63,895 bases of DNA, filler included, from Choristocarpus tenellus KU-1152 (GCA_964200185.2; 11 parts of 11 records of this genome joined end to end with filler, not necessarily neighbours in it); one strand, 5' to 3'; shown: positions 12,093 through 24,170, numbered from the whole stretch's first letter. The notes: a model not told the origin generated them from the letters alone. A program made the numbers and translations.

Positions 12093-13347
12093 CTGGGTTA
12101 GGGTTAGGGTGTGTTGTGAGCGGGAGCAAAAAAATAAAAGTGTGACCACAGAAGGGCACCACTCAGTGTGAGGGTTAGGGATTGATAGGGCCTACATCGC
12201 ACCGGCCCTGTTAATTTCGACACAATTTTCAAGAACCAATCATCTCGACTAGGAATAGCTTGGACGAACAACATCATTACTTCCTCAATACTGCCTCAAA
12301 CAGAAATTATGACACTATACCCGACCTGAGTATGGTGCCATCACCTCCAGTGTTGACTCACACCAAGGGATGTGGCCTCACACCAAGGGATGTGGCCTCA
12401 CACCACTAGAACACGAGAAGTGGAAGGTTATGAAAATATCAAACCAATGTCTCATGGAGGAGTTGTGTCGGAATGTTATGATCCCTGTTATCAACATACT
12501 TATCCTGTTGTTGTCATAGTCGCCTGACTGTCTGCTCTGGTGGAATAGTGGTATCTCAATCATGACAAGGCATATATGTGTTATCAATACACTTCTTTCT
12601 TTTCAGCAGTAATACATGCTTTGCACACAACAATGCCATCAGATTCAACAGATTCAAACGATGTTATTCATCACTTCCCTCAACACAAAATGTAGTATCA
12701 CATGACAAACTTCATCTGCAGTTTCCGTTGTTGAGAACTTAAGGTTAGGGTTAGGGTATAGTTTTCCAACATTGAGGACTTTGTGGATAATGTAGACATA
12801 GTGTATGCTAGGTCGAGAACCCACCAAGGAACAGTGGCCTCATGTAAGGACCCAGTGAAGTGGTTCTCAGATGTGGAATGAGCAATATAGGAAGGCAAAT
12901 TATTGAGGAAAAATTATCAAAATAGGAGGAAAACAGTCATTGCAGTTCACCTAACCCAAACCCTAACTTCCTCTGCAACAAAGAGAAAGTATGCATACTT
13001 GAATCAATGTTGGTAGGTCTGGGATTTCTCAGATCCTGCAGATGCTAGCATCACCTTGTTCACAATACACCCCATCAAACAATGCTCATGTTGAACATCC
13101 AAGATACGTTTTCACTATGTTTCAGAGCTGAAACAGTGCTATATATAGTTCAACGTGCAAGACTTGGTTCTACTTAATCACATGAAATAGAGCTCAATTG
13201 TACACCTTGGCAGAATTCTTGAAGCAAATCTACAACCAATCTGAAGAAAGTGAACATTTCAGAACTCCAGGCAGGCTAGGCTCATCTTGGGGGGGGGGGG
13301 ACCAAACAGTGAACGTATCATAGGATTAGGGTTAGGGTTGATCTTAC

Positions 13348-16300
13348 CTGCCATAAAATTGTATCATGAGCTGAGCCAGAATGAGGCCCTGCTATATAAA
13401 ACATTCTTGATACTGAGGTGTTTTGATTAACTTGTGCACAAATTCTGGGCCATGATGTCAATGGGAGGAGTGAAGGTGATGGACGAGACACGTTACAGAA
13501 TAGTTATGAAATACATAATTATAAATTTCTTGGTGTATACAGAAGCACATATCTGGGTGGCCTCAGGTACTGCATCATACCTTGGTGCATCACTGCAACA
13601 TAAAATACAACTCAACAGACATTAGGTTGGGGAATGCTCTGAAGTCGAGCAAGCACTTAGCTAGAGTTAGGATTAGGGTTAGGGCTTGCAAACTCTACCG
13701 TAATCATTGAATTTCATTTGTACTTTATACTTTATGGGATAAAGGTTTGTAAGAGGTGGCATCTGTATCTGCATATATAGAAGGTTAAGGGATGGAGTTA
13801 TCATTACCTCTGCACAGCTGCCTGGTAAGTCAGATCTGACAATCACAACATTGAATGCCTCACCATAGTCAACATAGACTGAAACTTGAGCCTGAAGATC
13901 AGTTCAGTTTCTTTCCCTAACCCTAACCCTAACTCTAAACCCCCTATATTGGTTCTACAAAACACTATCTTCAAACTGACATTGTTTAAGTAGCATGAGG
14001 CATGTTCCTCTACTAGTGTACCTTCATAATGAAGGGGTGAGGTGATTGCAGTACATGGATAGCCCTAATCCTAACCCTAAGTTGATTGCAGTACGTGGAT
14101 AATCCTAACCCACAACAGTTACATGCAACAACTGTAACGTAAACTTCTCAAAATTCTAAAAGTCTATCATAGGTTCATTCTCAATGTAGTTCAACAAATT
14201 CCAATTTGCACTATTGCAATCTTCATTGCTCATCTGCTGCAATGTTGTGCACTTCACAAAGGACAGTCGTGAATCAGTCAGTACTTTAACCTAATCCTAA
14301 CCCTATCCCTAAGTGAATCAGTAAGTACTTTCTACTCACCTATTGCCATCAACAATGTTAGCGGCTGCATGGATGAAATGAGCAGGCCCAGGTCCCAACA
14401 GTTGAGTACTCTTTGGAAAGTCTGCACCACCAGGCCTGACCTTCAGATATGCCATGCCCAAATTTACACCTAATATCCCTACTCTCAGCTTGTCTTGCAA
14501 GGCCAATGTCCCTGCAGCAACATACAAAGTCCCCTTTACTCCCACAAGACAGTGCCAAAGCCATCATACCAGTATCAGTGGAAGGAGTGGGAGTGAGACA
14601 CTCCAGATGGTGAGGGACCCTACCAGAAACTCAACAACATTTACAATTGATTTCATTTCTATTCTCTTTCTACATTGCCAGAAGCACCATGTTCTGAAAA
14701 ATCTCAAATGGACTATTGCCCACGATTTTCACAATGAAGGCTACAGATGCATGTCTAAGGGTTTGCAAAGAAGGATTTGCCCATAACACTAAGCATAATA
14801 TTTTATTCTATTAATAACAATATTGCTCATGTTTCCGTAGAGGAGAAGGTACACACAGGAGAAGATGCACAACATTAACCAAGAGATTCTGGTTTGAACA
14901 CAAGTCTCATCTCATAATTTGGACCTGACAGTGTGGTATTATTATTCTATATAAAACAGAACAAAGACATTTCTACTCTCTGTACAAATTATTATTTGAG
15001 ATGCTTTCTTAAAAGTTGAGGATATTTCATCTAATTTATTAGCATTTAGAAAGGGAATTATTATTTTTTCAAGTTTAATACTTGCAGCTTGACTCAGGCA
15101 GCTAAAAGTCTTGGTGTACAATGTAACAAGTATAGCAGTTACCATTTCACAGCATTGAAACAAGAAAGAACTAAATATTTATTTAGATTTACATATTTAT
15201 ACAGCCGTACTTAGTTGTGTGGCTCCTACAGGATAAATTGGAAGCATAAATGTTTTCGTTAAGATCATTGATCCATCGATAGAACCAACCCTGGTAAAGA
15301 AAGTATCTCGAGGGCTTGAGCAAATAAACTGTACTAATCAGAAATCAGAGGTAGAGGAATCAAGTCCCAATCGGAAGACATTTCTGACCCACTGTACTGG
15401 AAGGATAAAGACAGGGAGACTGGGAGTCCAGGAAACGGACTTAAGAGGAAACACAAATATTGAGGGGATTGTTCAGGGTTAGGGTTAGTCACACTACTTT
15501 CTTCATTGGTTAGGGTTAGGGCTATCTAAACATTTGGCCTAAGATATTGAGCTCAACAAACTGCAGTAAACGCCAGAGTGGAAGAAGGTTAAGCAACTGT
15601 TGGATGGAGCAGCAGATGACATATTGATCACAGAACCCATTCATGGACACAACACCCTCACATCAACTTGTGGGAGAGCTTCAGAATCACCTTTTAACCC
15701 CACAAGCTGACCTGGTCAGAGCTGGTCTTGCTGTATGCCCACTGCAATACTTTCCAGCGATGAAACATCCTCTCCGTCCTTTCATTCATGCGAAACATAA
15801 TAGCCCAGTTGTGTGGATGGAGGGTGAGAGCACCCTATCCAAAACACAGTGTCCAACAGGTCACACACAGATCCAAGCAACACCAAAAGTTTTAAAACCA
15901 GAGAGTGCAGATAAGCAAACGTGAATTGGATGATTGTCATGTTAAGAGGGACCAGCATTAACAACACCATACCACATCTGAAAAACGCCATCACTCCATC
16001 ACTCCATCACAATTACCATGGACAGATTGCTGCCCAGACAACCAGTACTTTGTGACCTCACAAAGCAGTGCCATAGAATAAACGGGAAATTGCTACCAGG
16101 TATGGCATAGTGGAAGTAGTATCATGAATCCGACTCTTGCAGCTGATGCCAAAAGCCACACATTACCTTTTACAAAAAAAATATGCAAAGTCACATACAT
16201 GTAAATATCTCACACTTGAGTCAATCATCACCTGTAGTGCAATTGCAACATCGTACCCATCCAAGGATGCTGACAATATGTCGTTCACTCCACCAGCACA

Positions 16301-17381
16301 TAACAGCGCCTGAGAATCGAGGGCTAGAGTCACCTGAGCCATGACACCAGGAAAGAGTTGCAGATGAAAAGGAAGGATAGCTCAAGGCGGTATTCTGGGT
16401 ATTGTAATCTCAGCAGCTTCCTGAGGTCTTCCTGAGGTCTTCCTGGGGGATACCTCAATGCCATCATCTAGACGATGCACCATACCAAATTGTATCCCAT
16501 CTGCACTTGGTAGTATTTTGAAGTGGAACTATATTCGGGGAGATCAAGACTTCCCATCTATTGCGGTAGGACCAATATATATTCATACATATGTATCATG
16601 AATAAGCGCTAACCTCGTAAGGAGTCTGAGACATGTAAAGAAGCCTTGTCAACCACTGCTTAGGTATCGACTTCATGCCCCCGGTCGACCAGGAAGGAAC
16701 TCTTCCAGAAAAAAGGTCTTCATCCTTGACGTGCACTACCTTGAGCGTGTAATGGCGAGAGTCGGGGATTGGACAGGACGGTTGTGTTGATTCGCGGGGT
16801 TCCCAAAATCTTACAAAATACTACATCGCACCAGTTCTACTACGCAAACTAACCAAAGAATGAGTCCAAATCGTGTACCTCTAGAATAACAGCCCAGTGC
16901 AATGAGGGCCCTCACCACATCGAATACCCCTTCCTCCTCGATGATGCGATCTGGGTTGGTAACAAGTGTGATGTTCACTGACGGATCAACAGCTCTAATT
17001 CGGCTAGCAGAATTGTATGCCTCGGCTAGGAATCTTTCCAGCGTCTCATTCTCCGATCCATAAGCGAAAAACATCAAGCCCTGCACGTAACAGATATTGT
17101 GGCATCAATGAGTTGAGGATATAGTGTTGCAAGGGCATAGAGTGAGCCAACATGTCAAAAGACTTCATCTAAAGAATACATCGGGAAAGAGGATACTGCG
17201 ATATATAAGATCTCTACTTTCCCTCTAGTCTCCTAGATGCGGAAGTTATCACCTGGCCGTGCCGATTCCCCGTAGCCCCCACTTGTAGCGGTTCATCAAT
17301 CACGAAACACAATCGCAACACTATGTAAAGCACCCACACGAAGTTTGATAGACTCCGTCGCGAGGAAGTCAAAAAAAACAT
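13348..17381 (-). CDS. Putative type II membrane glycosyltransferase (nucleotide-diphospho-sugar transferase-like); 3' exons unresolved
   Basis: In-frame GT-AG exons 17381-17253, 17080-16916, 16739-16614, 16333-16232, 15834-15712, 14533-14340, 13444-13348. N-terminal hydrophobic segment, then FLAEAYNSASRIRAVDPSVNITLVT, QWLTRLLYMSQTPYEVTLALDSQ, HPHNWAIMFR, SDQGTL (GT-A-like pattern; the DxD position reads DSQ). Confidence 0.7.
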
Positions 17382-18826
17382 CTGCTCTATCGTCAATGAT
17401 CGTAATAGCCTCTCTCGATTTGTCTGCCCACTATGAAATGCCCTTCCTCTACTTATCTCACTTATCACTCATTACCGACATTATCCTTTCTGGAAACGTG
17501 ACGACAATCAACCCAACGTCTTAACAATGACTCTCACATAAAACTATACTGGAAATATTGTAAGAATAAAATACACAAATTTTCCAATAAAAAACATTTG
17601 GGGTTGGGAGTTATGTCCGATCAATCCTGAACAGTATATAGAATGAGGATTATATTTATGTGCAGTAACTAGGGTTAGGTCGAGTGAGTACTGGGGTTTG
17701 GTGTCAAAATAACTATTCAGAACAATAGTGACGATGTGTTCACTCAATCCTTAGAAAATACTCGATTATTTACTATCACAATCCACATCTGGTAACAAAG
17801 AGGGTGAAAATAAGGTCGAAACAATTTGAAAGTTGATATATGTCTCAAGTTTATAATCACCATCTAACAAACTAATAATATCCTACCTGACCCATCACCC
17901 CATATACTTCTACTAGAAGTATCAGCCTATTTATTAAGGCTCTTTGATTCTGACATATTTATTAGAGGGTTGAATTGATTTATTGAACCCGAGAAGTTTT
18001 TTCATTTCATTATTTTAGAGGTAAATAACAGTACTACAATCAAGATTTTATAGTATCTTTAGAATTGCCCTACTTACCCAACAAATAAAATTTGGTTGGA
18101 AACGTGACCACTCGCTTCTCGCAACCTATATCTCGTAAAGATAGTTTGAGGTTTGAACTCCACATAACACCCAAGATACATGCCATTCTAGACCAAATTT
18201 GGATGATATACTTCAGTCGCACAAGGTAGGCAGGTGGATTCAAACCACCGTCAAATCTGCTACAGGTCAATTCATCCCATCCCATGAACTATATATGGAA
18301 TGGATGGTGACGTCCTAATGCATCAATCAAGCTATAGCAGCATCTTCAACTCACAATTCAGTGTGCAGTAGGGTACACTATTTATATATAGGGTTAGGGT
18401 TAGGGTTATGGTTAGGGATAGGGAGCACTACTGTTTTAGGGGGTACCCTTGTCTTCATTTTTGGATTATATCTGGTTTTGCCCATTCATGGCATGAGACC
18501 TATCTCGTTGGAATGCTGACACACACAGACAGGACTCACAGCAGAAGTTTTTGGTCGACCAAATTGTTGTGTTTGTAACATGCTGAGCCTTGCAGCTGAT
18601 GGCAAAAGGATACTTCCATATACACGATGACAGTGGTCCGTTCAAGTTGACTCTTCAAGTATTCAACCAGTAACCTGCGAAGATGTTACTTATTTTTCTC
18701 TGCTAGAAGAGGTAGTGTCTTGATTGAACCCTGTCTCCACACAAGCGCTTCGGGATGGTACCCACATCCCTAGATGAAAGTTCCACCCCAAACCTCTATC
18801 TTTACTCAGATCAAATCAAAACAGAA

Positions 18827-18911
18827 GGCTCAAAGTATCTGGGGGGGGGGGGGGGCAGCTGTCCATTTGGGGCCCATTCTTCCATGTCGCAATCTTGAAG
18901 TGATTTGGTTG
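18827..18911. mobile_element. MITE family B, partial copy at contig end
   Basis: ggctcaaagtatct(G)n cagctgtccatttggggcccatt.. A degenerate opposite end also occurs at 19012-19033. Confidence 0.85.
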
Positions 18912-19011
18912 NNNNNNNNNNNNNNNNNNNNNNNNNNNNNNNNNNNNNNNNNNNNTTAATTAATTAANNNNNNNNNNNNNNNNNNNNNNNNNNNNNNNNN
19001 NNNNNNNNNNN
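18912..19011. other. Artificial contig linker (N44-TTAATTAATTAA-N44)
   Basis: Identical 100-bp linkers also at 26984, 30824, 33864, 36606, 41936, 48706, 53997, 57613 and 61287. The 12-mer gives stops in all six frames. Confidence 0.97.
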
Positions 19012-19033
19012 CCCCCCCTCAAATACTTCGACC

Positions 19034-19700
19034 CTGGTTTCGCGTCCTCAAATATGGGCAAGGTTTGTACCTGTACCCCACTAAGGACCCACCAAAAACC
19101 CCTCGTCCACAAAATAAGCGTTATATTACGCAGATGTTGTTCCTTGCAGCTGTGGCTCGCCCTAGGAAGCTCTCCAACAGGATGTGGTTCGATGGGAAAA
19201 TCGGGATCTGGCCAATCATCGACCCTAAGGTTTCTCAGCACTCCAGCATACATTGCCCCAAGGGCACCAAAGTGCTTGTGCTAGCCACAGTGGATGGAAA
19301 GAGGTATAAGAAGCTCATGATTGAGGATGATATCCCAGCAATCGAAGAGGTGGCGGGGGACAACATTGTCATAGAGACCCAACCAGTCAGCTAACCTGAC
19401 CTCAACATCAACGACTTGGGGTTCTTCATTCCATCCAGCAACTGAAGGAAGACGTGGAGGTGATCAGCACAGAAGAGTTGGTGGAGGGCACGATGGAGGC
19501 ATTCGATATGTACCCCTGGGAGGCACTAGGGTGTGTCTGACAGAGTCTCTTCGTAGTCTACGGTGAATTGCTGGGGTCCAAGGGTGACAATGTCTTCAAA
19601 ACTCCACGTGTTAGCTGAGAAGGCGGGCAAACTCTCCCCGAATGCCCTTGTGGGCATGGCAAAATACCGTGCTGGAATGGAATTTTGGAGGGCTTCGAGA
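19034..19700 (+). mobile_element. Tc1/mariner (plant-type DD39D-like) transposase remnant
   Basis: QNKRYITQMLFLAAVARPR...FDGKIGIWP...QPVS*PDLNINDLGFF, with stops, frameshifts and an internal deletion. Confidence 0.85.
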
Positions 19701-20111
19701 GTGGGATCACAGCTAGGTGTAGGTTACCCTATCTTGCTTGAGATTTTGGTGGGCAACCTTTAGATTGGCCCTCCGTGGCAATCTTGTTTTTTTAACCAAA
19801 ACCAACAGTTATAAAGTAGTGTATATATGAAATAAAAGGGTATGGCAATAGCTTTTGAAGGTTTGTATCCACGAATGTCCAGGCTTCAGGGAACGGGAGC
19901 TATGTCCCAATCAAGTAATGGAAAAGACTTGGGGAAACATCTCCAGCGCAATTTTAAAGGTCACGACTTCATAGAGGGCAAAAATGAAGTGGTTAGCTGA
20001 ATTCCTTGTAAAAACCTCTTGGGGTACGGCGCTGCCCTAGTTTGGCGGGTGTGGTGATACCGAAAAAAACAAATTTCCAGACATCTTTTCAACGCCTTCT
20101 CCAGACTTTCT

Positions 20112-20365
20112 GACTGAAAGTATCTTAGAGGGTACGAGTTTTGCCCTGTTTGTCCATTTGGGCCTTGGCTTCCCTCGGATTTTTTTATGACGTTTTCCTT
20201 CTCCAAAATATTTCGGAGTAGGAAAGATGTATACGTTATGAAATGGTGTGTCTGCAAGAAGGATAATTGTCCTAACAAACACGATAGCCAAAATTACATC
20301 AAAATCACAACATTGGATTTTGGCCCCAAATGGACACGGCTCTACCCTCTAAGATACTTTGGCTC
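20112..20365. mobile_element. MITE family A, full copy
   Basis: GACTGAAAGTATCTTAGAGGGTA...AAGATACTTTGGCTC; TSD tct/tct. Confidence 0.92.
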
Positions 20366-20413
20366 TCTGTGAGCACACATACCGTGACTTACACGGCAAC
20401 ATAAATCGCGACA

Positions 20414-21718
20414 GTGAGACAAGGAGAGCCACCGACCACTCTACCCCCTGGATATACCCTCGGCACCTTCTCTGTCAAGAGGCGACGGAAAAGCAAGTAC
20501 CGTGTGACACTCAGTGCCATGTTAGGTGACGAGAAAGTGCGAGTAGTGTGGCGCAGCAGCACAATCAAATCGCGAAATGGGTCACGGGGCCGCGACGCTG
20601 ACGCTGAGAGAAGATGCATGGAAAGCATTACCACACAAACGCGGTTGGGTCTTCAACCACATCGGAGCACTACTCTGCAATATCTACCGCCTCGGGAAAG
20701 CAGGAAGAGACCGGCAAGTCCATCACCAGGTGGTACAGTGACGAAGTCTGTGGGAAAGCCTAGTCATGGCAGGCGAAGGAAGAACCAGGGTGGCCACCCA
20801 AAGGGAAGGTTGGGAAGGAGAGCAGTGCGACTGCGTGCCATTGCACTCATGAAACACCTAAGCAAAAACCCAGGTGTAGAATATCTTGGCTGTCGACAGT
20901 TGCGGAAGGCCCTGACTGTTTGGAAGTTATGCGAACCGGGGTGGCTTAAGGAAACGAGAAAGAAGGTGTTAGGGTTGGGCTACAAGAGCTCTGAAGCCCG
21001 AGAGAAGGTCGAAAGGGCTCTCAAGGCGGAGGAGAAAGCGATCGTAACAAAGGCAGCTGTGGAGACTTTTCGATACCGCCATATCCTTTACTTAGAAGAA
21101 GTCCCGAAGCAGGTCGAGGTAGCCATCGATGCGGACTCCAGGGAAGAAGAGGAGGTGAGATTGAGACTATTTGCACACCGATGGTTTGGTGTCTCCCACT
21201 TCTTGCAAGATGCCGTAGATTCACTTTTGTACCTGGACTTAGGGTTGGACGAATAAAGTTGATTAAGGCTTTCTCCTAGCCTCGATTCATTCGAGAAATC
21301 AACACATTTTTCGATCAACTCAAGCCTGTCCTCCCTCGCCCTTTCGCCTTGATAGAATATCACCCGCCCAGGAAACACGGACGACGCCCATTTCCGGCGC
21401 TCAACGAGGAAATGTGATTGTAAGGGTTCTAATACTGCGAATCCTGTACCTTTGAGTGAACGACAGGAAAGACCGTCAAACGGCACTTGAGATGGCAGCA
21501 GGATATACAATGGTCAGGTCGGAAACTGTGAGTAAATGGGAGAGTTCGTAACCAAGGGCCACATCAAGGTGTCGGAGCAAGGGTGCTACGAGAGGCGTTT
21601 CTTTCTGGGCGTCGACGAGGACATCCTTGTTGAGGTCAAAGAGTGGTTGCGCGAACACACAGAAAGAAATGGTGGGGAGGCTTTTCCCCTCCCTAAACCC
21701 TATACTTTAATCAAGTAA
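20414..21718 (+). pseudogene. Truncated, frameshifted intronless ORF, probably the N-terminal part of a DNA transposase
   Basis: 280-aa basic ORF (GTG start), followed by ETVSKW/GEFVTKGHIKVSEQGCYERRFFLGVDEDILVEVKEWLREH, which resembles the pre-catalytic region of IS630/Tc1-related eukaryotic transposases. CpG-rich; no DDE domain present. Confidence 0.4.
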
Positions 21719-21800
21719 TAGTGTATCTGTTGCCACTCTTGGTGGCCTACAATCCGGGGTTCGAACCCCAATATGAGCGATCTTTCTTCAAAAAAAGAAA
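21715..21800 (+). other. Possible tRNA(His)-derived SINE or pseudo-tRNA fragment
   Basis: atagtgta...actctt-ggtggcc-tacaatccggggttcgaacccc has a B-box/T-arm and GTGGCC, followed by an A-rich tail. No full cloverleaf. Confidence 0.25.
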
Positions 21801-22130
21801 ATTGTGGAGAAAAACGAAGCCCTAACTCTGGAAGGCCTTGTGACAGGCATTACGAAGATGCCTTTATTTTTTAAATCCTATGTCTACATCAAACGTTATG
21901 ACGAGACAGCCCCAGAGGGCAATGCTGCTGGTACCACTATACACAATATATCCATTAAGATATGAACATGTCAAAAAAATCTGCATCTTAATTGAGGCTG
22001 CAAACTTTATGCTACATTTAATGCTGAATGGAAGAAGAATTATTATATCTCATTAGAAACATATCAACTAAAGTGAAACATTAACTCACACACACAAAAT
22101 AGGAAAGTCTTAACACAAATTTGATTCTAC

Positions 22131-24170
22131 ACACTCCCCCATGAGAGTGCAGGAAAAAAAGTTAATGAAACCCTCACACCCATTGTACTAGAAGGTGATC
22201 AATATCCTGAAACTCTTTGTCGTGACAAAGGCATGATAGCCAAGTCCGAGTCAATATACCTGATGAGCCCTTTCCTGTCTGTGTTTCCATTGGTAATGTG
22301 TCTTCATGCTGGTAGTTCCTACAAGTGCATCTCATAATGGCGAATGCCCTCGTTGATCTGTCAAAACATCGCTGACCATACCCATTAGGAAGTATGCACC
22401 ATTGGTCAATGCTTGCTCTCAGTAGGTTTAATACACATCGTTGTCCAGTATTTCCTCATTCCCAAAGTGTAATCCTGGGTAGCCTACCCTAGATTGCTTG
22501 CCTTGCCTGGTATATCTGTGCTTCCAATCGTGATGAGAGTGATGTTTCTCAGTGATGTTTCTGAGCTCTAATGTTGCCAGCGATATTATATCAACTCCAC
22601 CTTCAATATCCTCATCAGAACCCCCAGCAATGTTGTCCTTCTTCTTGTCATCAGTAGTGCTAATGCCATTTTGATCCCCCATGAAGTCCATAGTATATGT
22701 TTCTCTGTTTCAAACGTAAGTTGTCATGAGGTCACCAGCTTGGCCCCTTGAGGGAGTCATACGCACCAACATAGCAGTCTGGTGTAGTACCGAATTCCCC
22801 GCTTGTTGACCACTTCATCATCCCATTGTTCCCGTTGCTTTGGGACGTTCATGACGGCGATTTCCTCCATCAGATTCTATGTCATCTTTGGCCAGCGTTC
22901 GTTGAAACTTCACCAACCACCTAGGTTCCCAAGCACCATCTCATCTGATGCACTTCTTTGCCATGCTTTCATGAGCCATCTTGTCAATCCAGGCAGCTAT
23001 TGCCTCTATTGCTGAATCCCACATCTTCAGGTCATAAATTCGCTTCTCCCTACTGCTTTCATCATTGAATACCTGGAAGTACCTCACCCCCTTATTGTCC
23101 GTGTTGAAGGGACTTGCCAGGTCCATAAGTTTAACTTCACCAGCCCGTTTTAGGCTCCGGCCTTTAGGTAGGTACGCACTTCTGGATTTTACTCCTTCTC
23201 GGTCTTGCACCGAAAGTCCAAGCCTATAGTAGTGTCAATAATCTCCTAGAGTCCATGATTCTCCAGGTACTTGATGGAAGATGGGTTTATGTTTCATAGA
23301 ACATTGTACCAATCTTCCAACATTGACTTCTACCATTAATTAGGTAAGTTGCACTGGTTCAGATCTTAGCTCCCTGCTCAGTCTCGACTTTTTCACCTAG
23401 GTTCAAGAATCGGCTCGAATTCTTCAAATATATATAGGGAGAAATCGTTGGTGTTTAACTAACTCTACCTCTTACCTGTATCCATAAATTCTCCGCCTTC
23501 ATGACGAAGGGTCCCAGTGCTCGTTTTGCAGCTGGGCAGATTGAAAACACCACAAGGATATCCTGAAGCACCGGCCTTGTTGACCTCCCGTTCCTGTCTG
23601 TGCTCAATAGAATCAAATACCCAGCTTCCTCAGCTTCCAATTCCCTCTTGCTCCCAAAGATGCACGTTCGCCTGGTTGCCCGAGTACTTACCAAGTCTTG
23701 TCAGTGAGGTGTGAGGTGGACATTGGCTCCTAAATCGCACAGAATGTCGATTTGTCAGTCGCATGAGCATCATGCTCATCCCGAACCTCTTTTTTGTCTG
23801 TCATCACCTTGAATGTCGAGATGGAGTATGCCGGATTCCTGTTGGTTCTGTTCCCCTGTTCTTGTCCGCCTTGAATGGATACTGTTGGTGTTGTAGGTGC
23901 TGGTGGTAACCCTCATGCCAAGCTCATCTAAGTACAATCCCACATAGGCACTCTTTGGATGTATCCAGCTAAATATAAGCGTCACTCCCGACAACAATTC
24001 TCAACGACCCCCCTCCAGCATTATCATTTGCTTGGGGAACTCATCTATTGCATGTCCCCGATAAACTAATTCTAGTCCCAACCAAGCTCCACTGCCGTCC
24101 GGGTTCTCAATAATCTCATACTTTCTCACAGTTTTCGCCTTTGTTTTGGACTCGCCAGTTAATATACAAC
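22131..24170 (-). mobile_element. Decayed Ty1/copia LTR retrotransposon (gag, integrase, RT/RNaseH remnants)
   Basis: Integrase-like MDLASPFNTDNKGVRYFQVFNDESSR...KCIR*DG and RNaseH-like LIRYIDSDL; polypurine tract catgggggag|tgt at 22131-22143. Confidence 0.7.

Larger units (their letters stand above)
4910..18423. repeat. Dense field of short interstitial telomere-type (TTAGGG)n/(CCCTAA)n tracts
   Basis: Tracts near 4910, 6214, 7064, 8140, 8651, 9115, 9737, 9878, 10130, 10227, 10641, 11539, 11811, 12095, 12171, 12739, 12950, 13321, 13662, 13915, 14062, 14101, 14288, 15476, 15509, 17668 and 18389. Both orientations, mostly 2-5 units each. Confidence 0.92.

Noticed and set aside
11590-12149. 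ORFs with LTLTLT, RVRVRV or LGLGLG runs
   Set aside because: These are translations of telomeric tracts, not protein repeats.
12357-12405. CRISPR-like or other repeat-spacer array
   Set aside because: Only simple tandem duplications in a eukaryotic context; no cas-like ORFs.
3900-12700. Endogenous giant virus (phaeovirus-like) insertion
   Set aside because: No capsid, polymerase, ATPase or integrase motif was recognised.
4910-18423. True chromosome end or ancestral end-to-end chromosome fusion
   Set aside because: Tracts are short, in both orientations and embedded in introns with duplicated flanks; there is no long array.
18912-19011. TTAATTAATTAA palindrome recurring ten times
   Set aside because: Always centred in 100-bp N blocks; an artificial six-frame-stop linker. 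Gene neighbourhood across linkers was therefore not interpreted.
19961-20372. Recurrent short ORFs (YPLRYF, MDAALPSK, KWTNRAKL)
   Set aside because: These are translations of non-coding family-A MITEs.
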